Below are positions 1 through 11,537 of a stretch of 64,000 bases of DNA, piece by piece. The stretch's first letter is position 1; each line of letters starts with the position of its first letter. The notes beneath the pieces are model-generated. The model saw nothing but the letters and a program-made list of their open reading frames with translations. It searched no databases and was not told the origin of the DNA. Source of the DNA: Syntrophales bacterium (GTDB taxonomy: Bacteria > Desulfobacterota > Syntrophia > Syntrophales > PHBD01); NCBI GenBank assembly GCA_963668175.1, contig OY764159.1:3008001-3072000 (forward strand). Reading direction: 5' to 3'. Made by a program: the position numbers and the translations under genes.

Positions 1-1728
1 CTCATCCAGTACACGGGCATCTGCGACGACCGCAATTTCAAGGACCAGATCCTCGACAACATGGACATCGAAAGGGAGCGGGGCATCACGATCAAGAGCC
101 AGGCGATCTCCCTGCCCTACCGTGCCCGGAACGGCCGCGACTACACGCTGAACCTCATCGACACCCCCGGCCACGTCGATTTTTCCTACGAGGTCTCCCG
201 GTCGCTGGCCTCCTGCGAGGGCGTGCTGCTTCTGATCGACGCCGCCCAGGGCGTCCAGGCCCAGACCCTCGCCAACCTGTACATGGCCATGGAGAACAAC
301 CTCGAAGTCATCCCCGTCATCAACAAGATCGACCTGCCGTCGGCGGACGTCGAGCGCGTCATCGAGCAGATCGACTCGGAACTCGGCCTCGATCCGGACA
401 CGCACCTCAAGTGCTCCGCCAAGGAAGGTATCGGCATCGAGGATATCCTGGAGGCCATCGTGGAACGCATCCCGCCGCCCGAGGGCGACCCGGAGGCGCC
501 GCTCGCCGCCCTCATCTTCGACGCCAAGTACGACGCCTTCCGGGGCACGGTCATCCACTGCCGCGTTATCGACGGCGCGGTGAAGGCCGGGGACACGATC
601 CGCTTCATGTTCAACGGCGCGACCTACCGCGTCGAGGAGGTCGGCTACTTCCTCCTCAACCGCGAGAAGCGCGGCAGCCTGTCCGCCGGAGAGGTGGGCT
701 ACATCATCGCCGGCGTGAAGACCGTCTCCGACGTCCACACGGGCGACACGATCACCCTCAACAACCGGCCCTGCGAGAAAGCGCTGCCCGGATTCAAGGA
801 GGTCAAGCCCGTCGTCTTCGCCTCGATCTACCCCATCGCCTCCGACGACTACGAAGACCTCGCCGACTCCCTGGACAAGTTCAAGCTCAATGACGCCTCC
901 TTCGTCTACGAGAAGGACTCGTCCGTCGCGCTGGGTCAGGGCTTCCGTTGCGGATTCCTGGGACTCCTCCACCTCGACATCGTCCAGGAGAGGCTGGAGC
1001 GCGAGTACGACATCTCGATCATCCTCTCGGTGCCCTCCGTCCGCTACCGCTTTACCCTGAAGGACGGCACCGTCCTCGAGGTGGACAACCCCTCCAAGTA
1101 TCCCGACCCGGTGTCCGTTGCCAAATCGGAAGAGCCTTACATCCGCGCCGCCATGATGCTCCCCGAGCGGTATCTCGGCGCCGTGATGAAGCTCTGCACG
1201 GAGAAGCGGGGGGCCAACTCCCACCTGAGCTATCCCGGTCCCGGACGGGCCGAGCTGACCTACGAGATGCCCCTGGCGGAGGTCATCTACGACTTCTACG
1301 ACCGCTTCAAGTCCGTTACCCAGGGCTACGGCTCATTCGACTACGACATCATCGACTACCGCGAGAGCGACCTCGTGCTGCTCGACATCCTCGTGAACGG
1401 CGAGAAGGTGGACGCCCTCTCCCAGATCGTCCACCGCGACCGCGCCCGGGCCAGGGGCGTCCAGGCCTGCGACCGCCTGAAGGACGAGATTCCCCGCCAG
1501 ATGTTCAAGATCGCGATCCAGGGGGCCATCGGCGGCGAGATCGTCTCCCGGTCGACCATATCGCCCTTCCGCAAGGACGTGATTGCAAAGTGCTATGGCG
1601 GCGACATTACCCGGAAGCGCAAGCTCCTGGAAAAGCAGAAGAAGGGCAAGAAGCGGATGAAGATGATCGGCTCGGTGAGCATCCCCCAGAGCGCCTTCCT
1701 CGCGGTGCTCAAGTCCGATTCCGACTAG
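1..1728 (+). CDS. lepA: Translation elongation factor 4 (LepA), 5' end outside the window
   Basis: Frame open from base 1. ERERGITIK, LNLIDTPGHVDF, NKID GTPase motifs; LepA-specific GFRCGFLGLLH and C-terminal KCYGGDITRKRKLLEKQKKGKKRMK. Confidence 0.97.
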   Translation, partial: LIQYTGICDDRNFKDQILDNMDIERERGITIKSQAISLPYRARNGRDYTLNLIDTPGHVDFSYEVSRSLASCEGVLLLIDAAQGVQAQTLANLYMAMENNLEVIPVINKIDLPSADVERVIEQIDSELGLDPDTHLKCSAKEGIGIEDILEAIVERIPPPEGDPEAPLAALIFDAKYDAFRGTVIHCRVIDGAVKAGDTIRFMFNGATYRVEEVGYFLLNREKRGSLSAGEVGYIIAGVKTVSDVHTGDTITLNNRPCEKALPGFKEVKPVVFASIYPIASDDYEDLADSLDKFKLNDASFVYEKDSSVALGQGFRCGFLGLLHLDIVQERLEREYDISIILSVPSVRYRFTLKDGTVLEVDNPSKYPDPVSVAKSEEPYIRAAMMLPERYLGAVMKLCTEKRGANSHLSYPGPGRAELTYEMPLAEVIYDFYDRFKSVTQGYGSFDYDIIDYRESDLVLLDILVNGEKVDALSQIVHRDRARARGVQACDRLKDEIPRQMFKIAIQGAIGGEIVSRSTISPFRKDVIAKCYGGDITRKRKLLEKQKKGKKRMKMIGSVSIPQSAFLAVLKSDSD

Positions 1729-1790
1729 CGGCCCCGGAACGACACGCGCCCACGGCAATTCCGCTGCGGGCAGGCCTTGCGGAGACGGTT

Positions 1791-2924
1791 ATGAAAGAGA
1801 TATCCGAACAACGTTCCCCCGGCCTCTACATCCATGTTCCCTTCTGCGTGAGCAAGTGTCCGTACTGTAATTTCCACTCGACGACCGACCTCAACGCCGC
1901 GCCCCGCTACCTGGAAGCGCTCATGCGCGAAATGGCCCTCTTCCGCGGTACGTTCGCGGCCTTCGACACGATCTACCTGGGAGGAGGCACGCCTTCCGTT
2001 CTTACTGCCGGACAGATCGGGTCCATTCTGAACGGCGTCCGGAGAAGCTTCGACATCGCACAAAACGCGGAGATCACGGTCGAATGCAACCCGGCGGACA
2101 TCACCCTCCCCTATCTCGACGCCCTTTTGAACCTCGGCATCAACCGCCTCAACATCGGCGTCCAGTCCTTCCACAATCCGGTCCTCAGGTTCCTGGGACG
2201 CAGGCATAACGCCGCCGATGCCCTGGCCGCCGTCGATGCCGCCCTGAAAGCGGGCTTCCGCAACACGGGCATCGACCTTATCTACGGCGTTCCCGGCCAG
2301 GACATGGACGCCTGGCTCCAGACGCTCGCCGCCGCCGTCTCGTTCCGTCTTCCCCACTTATCGTGCTATCAGTTGACGGTCGAGGAGCATACGCCCCTGG
2401 GGGCAATGATCCGGCAGGGGAAATGCGCAGCTCCGTCGGAAGAAGCCCAGGTCGATTTCTTCATGACGACGTCGTCCATGCTCGCGGAGGCGGGCTACAT
2501 CCATTACGAGGTTTCCAACTTCGCCCTGACGGAGGCCAAAGCGTCCCGGCACAACCAGAAATACTGGGACCATACACCCTACCTCGGCCTGGGTCCGGCG
2601 GCCCATTCCTTCGCGAACGGGAAGCGCCGGTGGAATAAAAGCAGTGTAGCCGAATACTGCGGCGCACTGGAGGCAAACCGTTCGCCTGCGGCCGGCGAGG
2701 AAACGCTCTCGGCCGAAGAACTGGCCTTCGAAACGGTCTTTCTCGGTCTCCGGACGCGAAAAGGGATTCCCGAATCGCTTTTATACGGCGGGTCAGGTGT
2801 TCCGGCCCCGCAGGGAGCCCTCCTGGAGAGGCTGCTCGACGAAGGCTACCTGGAGAGGCGGGACGGCTTTTTAAAACCCACCCGGAAGGGGATGGCCGTC
2901 GCCGACAGCCTTGCCCTCCTCTGA
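1791..2924 (+). CDS. hemW: Radical SAM heme chaperone HemW / HemN-like protein
   Basis: LYIHVPFCVSKCPYCNF (CxxxCxxC), TIYLGGGTPS, HYEVSNFA, YLGLGPAAHS. Start reassigned to ATG 1791 after GGAG. Confidence 0.9.
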   Translation: MKEISEQRSPGLYIHVPFCVSKCPYCNFHSTTDLNAAPRYLEALMREMALFRGTFAAFDTIYLGGGTPSVLTAGQIGSILNGVRRSFDIAQNAEITVECNPADITLPYLDALLNLGINRLNIGVQSFHNPVLRFLGRRHNAADALAAVDAALKAGFRNTGIDLIYGVPGQDMDAWLQTLAAAVSFRLPHLSCYQLTVEEHTPLGAMIRQGKCAAPSEEAQVDFFMTTSSMLAEAGYIHYEVSNFALTEAKASRHNQKYWDHTPYLGLGPAAHSFANGKRRWNKSSVAEYCGALEANRSPAAGEETLSAEELAFETVFLGLRTRKGIPESLLYGGSGVPAPQGALLERLLDEGYLERRDGFLKPTRKGMAVADSLALL

Positions 2925-3097
2925 TGCCTGACGAAACGCCCGGTTCCCACGTCTCCGGTCACGCACAGCTCCGCTTTCCCATCCCGTGTCCCGCCTCTTT
3001 TCTTTCCCGGCCGAAATTTCTAGTCAATCTCTTCCTAACGTGGTATAAGCTACGCGTCCCGCAGCACAGCATGCCGTTACACCAGCGAGGTCGGGTT

Positions 3098-5842
3098 ATG
3101 AACGACGGGCAAGAAACCGGCTTGAAGATTTTGGAAAACGACCACCCCCCGGACCGGCAGACGTCCGGCCCGAAAGAAACAACCAAGGGCCGCCGGACCC
3201 CGCCGGCGTACCGCGCAGACGAGACGGACATCTTCAAACAGGCGATCGAACAGGCCTATGAGGGCATTGCCATCATCAGGGGCGGCCGCCACGTCTATTT
3301 CAATAAATCCTACCTGGAACTGACCGGTTATACCGATGCGGAGGAACTCTCCGCCCTTCCCGTCACCGCGCTCATTCACCCCGACGATACCGATCTTCTT
3401 CAGGCGGCGACGCGCGATCTCCCTCAGAACGAACCGGCCCGCAAGCCGCGGGAAAGCCGCCTCGTCCGGAAAGACGGCAGCCTCATTCCCATGGAAATAT
3501 CCTTTGCGGCGATTACCTACAGGGGGCAGCGTTCCATGCTCTGCTACCTCCGGGACATGACGGCCCAGAGGCGCGCCGAGGAGGCCCTGGAGGGCAGCGA
3601 AAAGAAATTCCGGATCATCATCGAGAACATCGCCGACCTCGTGGCAGAGGTCGACCATGATGGCTATTATACGTACGTCTCCCCGTCCTATAAGAAAATC
3701 CTCGGTTACGACCCCAAGGACCTCGTGAAAAAGCCCTGCGTCAAGTTCGTCCATCCGGACGACGCGCCGGGACTCCTTTCCCGGTTCAGGGATACGGTCC
3801 ACAAGAAGCGCGGCAACCTGCGGATCGAGTACCGGCTTCTCCATAAAAAAGGCGGATACCGCTGGATCGAGGCTCTCTTCACCTTCTTCTACACTCCCGA
3901 AGGCCACCTCGATTACCTCCATGTCGATTCCCGGGACAACACCGAGCTCAAGAAGGCCGAAGAGGCCCTTTCGGCCTCCGAAGTCGTCTACAGCAGCGTC
4001 TTCGAAAACACAGGCACGGTAATGCTTATCGTCGAAGACGACATGACGATCTCCCATGCCAATGCCGAGTTCGAGAACCTCACGGGCTATAAGCGCGACG
4101 AACTGACCGGGGGCAAAAAATGGAGCGACTTCGTGGAGAAGAGCGATCTGGACAACATGATCCGTCAGCACCATCTGCGAAGAACCCAGCCGGACACGGC
4201 CACCCGGAGCTACGAGTTCCGGCTCGTGAGAAGGGACGGCAGCCTGCGCAGCATTCTGCTTACCGTAGGCATTATCCCGGGGACGAAAAAGAGCGTTGCG
4301 TCGCTCCTCGATATCACCGAGCGTAAGAAGGCCGAGGAAGAAGCCAGGAGATACTCGGAAGAAATAAGCGATCTATACAACAACGCCCCCTGCGGGTACC
4401 ATTCCCTGGGACCCGACGGGACCTTTCTGCAGATGAACGATACGGAACTGCGCTGGCTGGGGTACGAAAGGGACGAGATCGTCGGCAGGAAGAAATGGGG
4501 AGAAATTCTTACCGCCAGAAGCCAGGCCCTCTACCGCAAGTCGTTCGCGCAGCTCAAAAGCCAGGGCTTCACAAGCAATCTCGAATTCGAACTCATCCGG
4601 AAGGACGGCACCATATTGCCCGTACTTCTCAACGCCACGGCGATCAGGGACGAAGACGGCCGCTTTCTCACGACCCGGACCACCCTCTTCGATATCACCG
4701 AACGCCGAAGACAGGAAACGCAGTGGTCCCATATCGAGAAGATGGAGGCCCTGGGGACTCTTTCCGGCGGCATCGCCCACGATTTCAACAACATTCTCAT
4801 GAGCATCCAGGGACTGGCTTCGTTGATGCGCTTCGACCTGAAGCCGAAGCACCCCCATTACGAAAACCTACAGAAGATCGAGGCCCAGGTCCGCACCGGC
4901 GCGAATCTCACCCGGCAGCTCCTGGGCTTTGCCCGGGGCGGCAAGTACGAGGTCAGGCCGACGGACGTTAACGGACTCGTCGAAAAGGTCGCCGTAATGT
5001 TCGGCCGGACCAACAAGGGCATCGCCATCAGCAGACGCTACCAGAAAGACATCTGGATCGTGGACGCCGACGAAGGGCAGATCGAACAGGTCCTGCTCAA
5101 TCTCTTCATCAACGCCGGCCATGCCATGACGGACGAAGGGGAACTCTACCTCACGACTGAAAATATCGTCCTGACGGATGCCGAAGCCAAACCTCACGGC
5201 GTCAAGAAGGGCCGGTACGTCATGTTCGCCCTGACCGATACCGGCATCGGCATGGACGATGAAACCCTGGAACACATCTTCGAGCCGTTCTTCACGACCA
5301 AGGATCCAGGCCAGGGAACGGGGCTGGGACTCGCGTCGGCCTACGGGATCGTCCGTAACCACGAAGGATATATTACCGTCGTAAGCGAACGCGGCAAAGG
5401 CTCCACCTTCTGCGTCTATCTGCCCGCCTCGGCCCAGGCAAAAGACGAAGAGGAACAGTGGCCGGAACAGATCCTGACCGGCCGGGAGACGATCCTCCTC
5501 GTGGACGATGAGGAACTGAACATCGCCATCATGAAGGACATCCTGGAGAAGCTCGGCTATAACATCATCACCGCCGGCGGAGGCCAGGAGGCTACGGCTA
5601 TCTTCATGGAGAAGTCGAAAGAGATCGATCTCGTCATCATGGACATGATCATGCCGGGGATGGGGGGGGTGAAGACCTTCGACTGCCTCCAGGAAATCGA
5701 CCCGAACGTCAAGGTCATCATCTGCAGCGGCTACAGCATGGACGGAGACGCCCAGAAGCTCCTGGACAAGGGCTGCCTCAGTTTCCTCCAGAAGCCGTTC
5801 CAGGTGCCCGAGCTCTCCCGGAAGATCCGGGAAGCCTTCTGA
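3098..5842 (+). CDS. Multi-PAS hybrid sensor histidine kinase with C-terminal receiver
   Basis: Four PAS/PAC repeats, H-box [10 protein letters not shown]-box [25 protein letters not shown], receiver LVDDE...DMIMP...KPF. Start uncertain. Confidence 0.9.
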   Translation: MNDGQETGLKILENDHPPDRQTSGPKETTKGRRTPPAYRADETDIFKQAIEQAYEGIAIIRGGRHVYFNKSYLELTGYTDAEELSALPVTALIHPDDTDLLQAATRDLPQNEPARKPRESRLVRKDGSLIPMEISFAAITYRGQRSMLCYLRDMTAQRRAEEALEGSEKKFRIIIENIADLVAEVDHDGYYTYVSPSYKKILGYDPKDLVKKPCVKFVHPDDAPGLLSRFRDTVHKKRGNLRIEYRLLHKKGGYRWIEALFTFFYTPEGHLDYLHVDSRDNTELKKAEEALSASEVVYSSVFENTGTVMLIVEDDMTISHANAEFENLTGYKRDELTGGKKWSDFVEKSDLDNMIRQHHLRRTQPDTATRSYEFRLVRRDGSLRSILLTVGIIPGTKKSVASLLDITERKKAEEEARRYSEEISDLYNNAPCGYHSLGPDGTFLQMNDTELRWLGYERDEIVGRKKWGEILTARSQALYRKSFAQLKSQGFTSNLEFELIRKDGTILPVLLNATAIRDEDGRFLTTRTTLFDITERRRQETQWSHIEKMEALGTLSGGIAHDFNNILMSIQGLASLMRFDLKPKHPHYENLQKIEAQVRTGANLTRQLLGFARGGKYEVRPTDVNGLVEKVAVMFGRTNKGIAISRRYQKDIWIVDADEGQIEQVLLNLFINAGHAMTDEGELYLTTENIVLTDAEAKPHGVKKGRYVMFALTDTGIGMDDETLEHIFEPFFTTKDPGQGTGLGLASAYGIVRNHEGYITVVSERGKGSTFCVYLPASAQAKDEEEQWPEQILTGRETILLVDDEELNIAIMKDILEKLGYNIITAGGGQEATAIFMEKSKEIDLVIMDMIMPGMGGVKTFDCLQEIDPNVKVIICSGYSMDGDAQKLLDKGCLSFLQKPFQVPELSRKIREAF

Positions 5843-5926
5843 TGCGGCCTGCCGGCGAAGGTCTTGCAGCCGTCGCCCGAAGCCGCCGTGCGTGAAAGGC
5901 GGCTTCTGTTGCGCCTGCCCCGTCCG

Positions 5927-6289
5927 TCAGCGGACGGCGGCCATGTCGGACGACAGGTCGAGTATCTCGTCCTTGGTGTAGAAGTAGAGTTCGTGGCCGA
6001 CGAGAGCCTGACGCTTCTCCGCCGTCTCCTTGAGCACCGGAACGATATCGAGCCCCTTGACGTCAAGCCACTGGCCGTTCATGCTGATGCGGACGACGGT
6101 CCCCTCGGCGTTCAGTTCATGGGGGATTTTATAGGAATTGAGGACCCGGACGACAAAGTCGTTCTTCTGTTTCGTGATGACGGCCGCCCTTTGCTGCATG
6201 GCGCGGAGCTTGCCGTCGTCCTGGGCATGGACCGCGGGCAGGACAGATAAAACGAACAGGACCGCAAGCGCCAGAATTCGTTTCTGCAT
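5927..6289 (-). CDS. Hypothetical secreted protein
   Basis: AGGAGGGAG RBS; N-terminal signal peptide MQKRILALAVLFVLSVLPAVHA. Confidence 0.7.
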   Translation of the reverse strand: MQKRILALAVLFVLSVLPAVHAQDDGKLRAMQQRAAVITKQKNDFVVRVLNSYKIPHELNAEGTVVRISMNGQWLDVKGLDIVPVLKETAEKRQALVGHELYFYTKDEILDLSSDMAAVR

Positions 6290-6560
6290 GGTGAACTCCC
6301 TCCTCCTGTTGATGGACGGGACGGGGGCGGATGCAGGGCAGGCGCCCTCCCGTCGAAGCGTACGACCCTAGTCTATAACACGGTCTTACAAAAACGCAAG
6401 ACGGAAAGAGGCCGCTCGCGGCCGGGCCGCGGTCTTGCGGCTATGGGATAAAAGGAAGGCAGCGCTTTCGATATCGGGACGCTGCCGATGTTCTCAGCCG
6501 TCGTATGAGGCTGAGCCGTTTCATTTTCGACATCTCGATCACAAGGGAGGAGGAGATACG

Positions 6561-7010
6561 ATGAAAAGGAAGCGTATGTTTACGGGTGCGTGGTTGGCGG
6601 CTCTGGCCGTGCTGTTCCTCGCATCATCCCTCACGGCGGCCGATACGACGGGACAGCTCATCACCAACATGGATGCCGTCCTGAAGGCGAATCCGATGCC
6701 CGCGGCCGACAAAATCCAGATGATCACCGTCGCCCAGGACGACAACCTTACGTTCTACGTGGCGCGTCTCGCGGAAGGCGCGGAGATCAAGCCCCATTAT
6801 CACAAGACCCACGACGAAACGGTCTATGTCTATCAAGGTACGGGTAAGATGCTCATCGACGGCAAATGGATCGACGTCGGCCCCGGGGCCGTTCATTTCA
6901 ACCCGATGACCAAGATCCATGCCACAAGGAACGCCGGCAAGGACCATCTGGTCATCATATCGATCTTCACGCCGGCAATGAAGAGTCCGGACCGCATTAT
7001 GGTCCAGTAA
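6561..7010 (+). CDS. Secreted cupin-domain protein
   Basis: GGAGGAGGAG RBS, signal peptide, cupin metal motif PHYHKTHDETVYVYQGTG and a second motif containing IHATRN. Confidence 0.85.
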   Translation: MKRKRMFTGAWLAALAVLFLASSLTAADTTGQLITNMDAVLKANPMPAADKIQMITVAQDDNLTFYVARLAEGAEIKPHYHKTHDETVYVYQGTGKMLIDGKWIDVGPGAVHFNPMTKIHATRNAGKDHLVIISIFTPAMKSPDRIMVQ

Positions 7011-7209
7011 AACTGGCCGACTTTACGGGATTTATGGCCGGTTCTCAAGTCCGGGGCGAATGAACGATCCGGACGGGGCGGGGTATTGTACCCCAAATCG
7101 CCCCTCTTTTCGCCTCGAACCCGGAGACGCGGTTCAGCGGACGTCACCCCGCATTTGAAGCCCCATCGCAGGCAAAGTCCTCGGAACAAAGAAAAAAACC
7201 ATTTTTATC

Positions 7210-7238
7210 TTGACAAGTGGCGGGGCGTTTAAGATAGT
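7210..7238 (+). promoter_or_regulatory. Putative sigma70 promoter of the TRAP operon
   Basis: TTGACA-N17-GATAGT with an upstream A/T tract. Confidence 0.5.
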
Positions 7239-7298
7239 CTCCCTGTCCTGTTGGGCATTCGTTCTTGAAAAATCGAAGATTGTGGAAGGAGAAAGCTT

Positions 7299-8327
7299 AT
7301 GGAATTAACCAGGCGCAGTTTCCTTATCAGCAGTCTGCTGGCAGTACCTTCAATCGCTATGATGGGGCCGGACGCATTCTCCGCAGCCTCGCAGAATTTG
7401 AAGATCTCTCACCAGTTCCCCGGTGGCACCATCACCGAAGGCGATTTTCGCGACCGTCTCTGCCGCATGTTTGCGGCGGACATTGCAAAACAAACCAAGA
7501 ACGCCCTTACCGGCACCGTCTATCCGGGCTCGTCCCTGATGAAGACGAACGCCCAGTTGAACGCTGCGCGCAAGGGCGCCCTCGACATGACGCTCTTCCC
7601 CATCGCCTACGCAGGCGGTGAAATCCCCGAATTGAACATCGGCCTCATGCCCGGCGTCGTCACTTCCTACGAACAGGGACTGTCGTGGAAGAACGCGGAA
7701 GTGGGCAAGCTTCTAACCGACATCCTCTATGAAAAAGGCATTATCATCGTCAGCTGGATATGGCAGGCCGGCGGCGTCGCCAGCCGCGTCAAGGGCGTCG
7801 TCGAGCCGACGGACGCCCAGAAGCTGAAAATCCGCGGCGGCAGCCGGGAAATGGATATGGTCCTCAAGGCCTGCGGCGCATCGGTCATTTCGCTGCCCTC
7901 GAACGAAATCTACCAGTCCATGCAGACAGGCGCCCTCGACGCCGCCATGACGTCCTCGACCAGCCTGATCTCCTTCCGCCTGGAGGAGGTTGCCGGGCAC
8001 CTGACCACCGGCCGCGGCAAGGCTTACTGGTTCATGTTCGAACCGCTCCTCATGTCGCGCATCGTCTTCGAAAAACTGCCCAGGAACCAGCAGCAGATCA
8101 TCATGTCGGCGGGGGCCGAAATGGAGAAATTCGCCCTCAAGGCCGCCAAGGCCGACGACCAGGCCGTCGCCGCCGTCTACCAGAAACACGGCGCCAGGGT
8201 CTACGACCTCTCCGCCGCAACGGTGAAGAAGTGGCAGGACATCGCCCGGCAGACGGCATGGAAGGATTTTGCCGGTAAGAACGAACGGTGTGCCCGACTG
8301 CTTAAGCTGGTAGAGAAGACCCTATGA
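7299..8327 (+). CDS. dctP: TRAP transporter substrate-binding protein with twin-arginine signal
   Basis: TRRSFL Tat motif; VYPGSSL, LKIRG, EIYQSMQTGALD; followed by dctQ and dctM. Confidence 0.9.
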   Translation: MELTRRSFLISSLLAVPSIAMMGPDAFSAASQNLKISHQFPGGTITEGDFRDRLCRMFAADIAKQTKNALTGTVYPGSSLMKTNAQLNAARKGALDMTLFPIAYAGGEIPELNIGLMPGVVTSYEQGLSWKNAEVGKLLTDILYEKGIIIVSWIWQAGGVASRVKGVVEPTDAQKLKIRGGSREMDMVLKACGASVISLPSNEIYQSMQTGALDAAMTSSTSLISFRLEEVAGHLTTGRGKAYWFMFEPLLMSRIVFEKLPRNQQQIIMSAGAEMEKFALKAAKADDQAVAAVYQKHGARVYDLSAATVKKWQDIARQTAWKDFAGKNERCARLLKLVEKTL

Positions 8328-8878
8328 GCGGCGGCCCTGATACCGAATCCACCGTATATCCGGAAAGTCCTTTCGGGAAAGTGCTGGATGTCCTCCTGAG
8401 GATCACGCTCCGCATCAACGAAGCGATTGTGATCGTCTCGTCGGCGGCCCTGTTCGGCGCTTCGCTGGTCCTCACCTTAAGCGTCGTCCTGCGCTATTTT
8501 CTCAAAGTGCCGACGGACTGGCAGGACGAAGTGGCCGTCTTCCTCATCGTCGGCTCCCTCTTCATGTGCAGCGCCTATGTCCAGTCCCTGCGCGGGCACG
8601 TAGGCATCGAGGCGCTGGCCGCTATCCTGCCCCGCACGGCAAACCGCGTCCGGTTCATTCTGATCGATATCGCCACGTTCGCCTTCTGTGCCTTCTTCTC
8701 ATGGAAGTCATGGTCCATGCTGATTGACGCCTTCGTCGAAGGCCATACGACCTCGTCCGCCTTCGCCCCGCCTCTCTGGATCCCTTACGGACTTCTGGCC
8801 GTCGGCATGACCAACCTGACCATCCAGCTCCTGCTGCAGATCCCCTCCCATTTCGCCGGCCGGAAGGTAGCCCCATGA
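8324..8878 (+). CDS. dctQ: TRAP transporter small permease
   Basis: Four TM segments, VVLRYFL..PTDWQDE, GHVGIE, PLWIPY; ATGA overlap with dctP. Confidence 0.9.
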   Translation: MSGGPDTESTVYPESPFGKVLDVLLRITLRINEAIVIVSSAALFGASLVLTLSVVLRYFLKVPTDWQDEVAVFLIVGSLFMCSAYVQSLRGHVGIEALAAILPRTANRVRFILIDIATFAFCAFFSWKSWSMLIDAFVEGHTTSSAFAPPLWIPYGLLAVGMTNLTIQLLLQIPSHFAGRKVAP

Positions 8879-10230
8879 GCGTAAGCGAAATCGGCATTCT
8901 TTACGGCGTCGTAACGCTCCTCGTCATGTTCACCGGCATGCCCATCGCCTTTTCCCTGGGCGCCGTCGCGGTCGCCTTCATGTACTTCTTCATGCCCGCA
9001 TCGGCCCTCGACACCGTCACGCAGAACGTTTACGAGGAGATGGCGAGCATCACACTGCTTTCTATCCCGCTCTTCATCCTCAAGGGCGTCGCCATCGGGA
9101 AATCCCCCGCCGGTTCCGATCTTTACTCGGCCCTGCATGCCTGGCTTCACAAGATACCGGGCGGTCTGGGCATCGCCAACGTCTTCGCCTGCGCCCTTTT
9201 CGCCGCCATGGCCGGATCGAGCCCGGCCACCTGCGCCGCCATCGGCAGCGCCGGCATCCCCGAAATGCGCAAGCGCGGCTATTCCGGCGCCTTTGCCTCC
9301 GGCATCATCGCCGCGGGCGGCACGTTGGGCATCCTGCTCCCGCCTTCCATCACCATGATCCTCTACGCCGTGGCCTCCGAACAGTCTCTGGGACGGCTCT
9401 TCCTGGCCGGCATCGGCCCCGGCTTCCTTCTCGTAACCCTCTTTTCGATCTATGCCGTATGGCGCTACCGGAGGGAATACCGGAAAGCCCTTGCCGTCTT
9501 CGAGTCCGGCGGCGGCAAGTCGGCCTACCTTGAAGAAGAATACCTGACGCTCGCCGACAAGGTGCGGATGCTGCCCAGGACGCTGCCCTTCGTCATCCTG
9601 CTCACGGGCGTCATGATCGCCCTTTACGGCGGATACGCCACGCCGTCGGAAACGGCGGGACTGGGCGCGGTGCTCGCGTTGATCCTCATCGCCGTCGTTT
9701 ACGGCGTCTGGCGGCCCCGCGACCTCCGGGTCATCTACACGACCACCTTGAAGGACTCGACCATGCTCATGTTCATCGTCGGCATGTCTCTCCTCTATTC
9801 CTATGTCATGAGCTACCTTCACATCAGCCAGTCCGCCGCGGAATGGATCGTTTCCATGGAGCTTTCCCGCTGGGTGCTGCTTTTCGCGATCCTGACGTTC
9901 GTCGTGGTGCTGGGCTTCTTCCTGCCGCCGGTCTCGATCATCCTCATGACGGCGCCGATCATCCTGCCGCCGCTGCGCGCCGCCGGCTTCGACCTCGTCT
10001 GGTTCGGCGTGGTCATGACGATCGTCATGGAGATGGGCCTCATCCATCCCCCCGTCGGCCTGAACATCTTCGTGATCAAGAACATCGCCCCGGACATCTC
10101 GCTGGCGGACGTCATCTGGGGGACGATTCCGTTTGTCCTTCTGATGATGGTCGCCGTGGTGATCATCTGCTGGCTGCCGGAAATCGCCGTGTGGCTGCCC
10201 AACCTCGTCATGGGCGAGAGCATGAGATAG
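8875..10230 (+). CDS. dctM: TRAP transporter large permease
   Basis: GMPIAFSLG, LSIPLFIL, GTLGILLPPS, TPSETA, HPPVGLN. Confidence 0.93.
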   Translation: MSVSEIGILYGVVTLLVMFTGMPIAFSLGAVAVAFMYFFMPASALDTVTQNVYEEMASITLLSIPLFILKGVAIGKSPAGSDLYSALHAWLHKIPGGLGIANVFACALFAAMAGSSPATCAAIGSAGIPEMRKRGYSGAFASGIIAAGGTLGILLPPSITMILYAVASEQSLGRLFLAGIGPGFLLVTLFSIYAVWRYRREYRKALAVFESGGGKSAYLEEEYLTLADKVRMLPRTLPFVILLTGVMIALYGGYATPSETAGLGAVLALILIAVVYGVWRPRDLRVIYTTTLKDSTMLMFIVGMSLLYSYVMSYLHISQSAAEWIVSMELSRWVLLFAILTFVVVLGFFLPPVSIILMTAPIILPPLRAAGFDLVWFGVVMTIVMEMGLIHPPVGLNIFVIKNIAPDISLADVIWGTIPFVLLMMVAVVIICWLPEIAVWLPNLVMGESMR

Positions 10231-10322
10231 AAGCGGCGCAGCCGAGACTCCGGGGTTCCGGTTTGAATATTGAACGGAGGGCCGTCGCCCCGGTACGACT
10301 TATTGATGGGAGGATGAGCGAT

Positions 10323-11537
10323 ATGGAGAGGGCCTTGCGGGGAATCCGCGTCGTCGACCTGAGTCACGTCCTGGCGGCGCCCACGACGACCATGATCCTG
10401 GCGGACCTGGGGGCCGAGGTCATCCACGTGGAGCCGCCCCACGGGGACGACGCCCGGACATTCGGGCCTTTCGTCGGCGTGCCGGACAAGAACCGCAGCG
10501 GCTACTTCATCAGCCTCAACCGCAACAAGAAGAGCATGGTCCTCGATCTTCGCAAGGAGAAAGGCCGGGAGATCCTCAAGAGCCTGATCGCCGTGTCCGA
10601 CGTCCTGGTCGAAAACTACCGTCCCACGACGATGAGAAAGCTCGGCTTCGGCTGGGATGTCATTCAGGAGATCAATCCGAGGATCGTCTATGCCTCGATC
10701 TCCGGCTTCGGGCAGGATACCCTCCCCGGATACGACGACCGGCCTTCCTATGATATGGTCGCCCAGGCCTACAGCGGCATCATGAGCATCACCGGCCCGG
10801 AGGACGGCCCCCCGTGCCGTGTGGGCTCCTCCGTGGGGGACATCGTCGCCGGCCACCAGGCCGCCATCGGCATCCTCGCCGCTCTTTTGCACCGGGAAAG
10901 AACGGGACGGGGGCAGCATTACGACGGCTCGATGATCGACGGACTCTTTTCCATTCTGGAAAACGCCGTCGTCCGTCATACGGTCAGCGGCGAAGTGCCG
11001 CAGCCGCTGGGCAGCAGACATCCCTCCATCGCCCCTTTCCAGGGATTTGCAACCAAGGATTCGTGGATCATCGTCGCCATCGGCAACGATACCCTCTGGT
11101 CGGGATTCTGCCGCGCCCTCGGCCGGGACGACCTGGCGGCGGACGAACGGTTCCGGACCAATCTCCTCCGGGTCCGGAACATCGACCTGTTGGAGCCCGC
11201 CCTCGCGGAGGAATTCCGGAAGAAGACCACCCGGGAATGGGCGGATATCTTCGACCGGACCGCCCTCCCCTATTCGCCTATCAACAGCATCGCCGATATC
11301 TGCGCCGATCCCCATATCGGCCACCGCCGCATGCTCGTGGATATCGAACAGCCGGGCGTGGGACCGATGCGGATCGTCGGCTCTTCCCTGCATCTTTCCG
11401 AAACGCCGGGGGCGGTTTACGGCCCGGCTCCGCTGCTCGGCCAGCATTCGGAACAAATCCTCCGGGACCTCCTCGGTCGTTCTCCGGCGGACATCGAGGC
11501 CTTGAAACGCGACGGCGTCATCAACACCGTCGTCTGA
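10323..11537 (+). CDS. Class III CoA-transferase (CaiB/BaiF family)
   Basis: LRGIRVVDLSHVLAAP, LADLGAEVIHVE, LNRNKKS, DVLVENYRP, SYDMVAQAYSG, APLLGQH. Start 10323 or 10314. Confidence 0.92.
   Translation: MERALRGIRVVDLSHVLAAPTTTMILADLGAEVIHVEPPHGDDARTFGPFVGVPDKNRSGYFISLNRNKKSMVLDLRKEKGREILKSLIAVSDVLVENYRPTTMRKLGFGWDVIQEINPRIVYASISGFGQDTLPGYDDRPSYDMVAQAYSGIMSITGPEDGPPCRVGSSVGDIVAGHQAAIGILAALLHRERTGRGQHYDGSMIDGLFSILENAVVRHTVSGEVPQPLGSRHPSIAPFQGFATKDSWIIVAIGNDTLWSGFCRALGRDDLAADERFRTNLLRVRNIDLLEPALAEEFRKKTTREWADIFDRTALPYSPINSIADICADPHIGHRRMLVDIEQPGVGPMRIVGSSLHLSETPGAVYGPAPLLGQHSEQILRDLLGRSPADIEALKRDGVINTVV

Noticed and set aside
948..1790. Apparent N-terminal extension of HemW overlapping lepA
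   Set aside because: Arg/Pro-rich off-frame translation; homology begins after ATG 1791.
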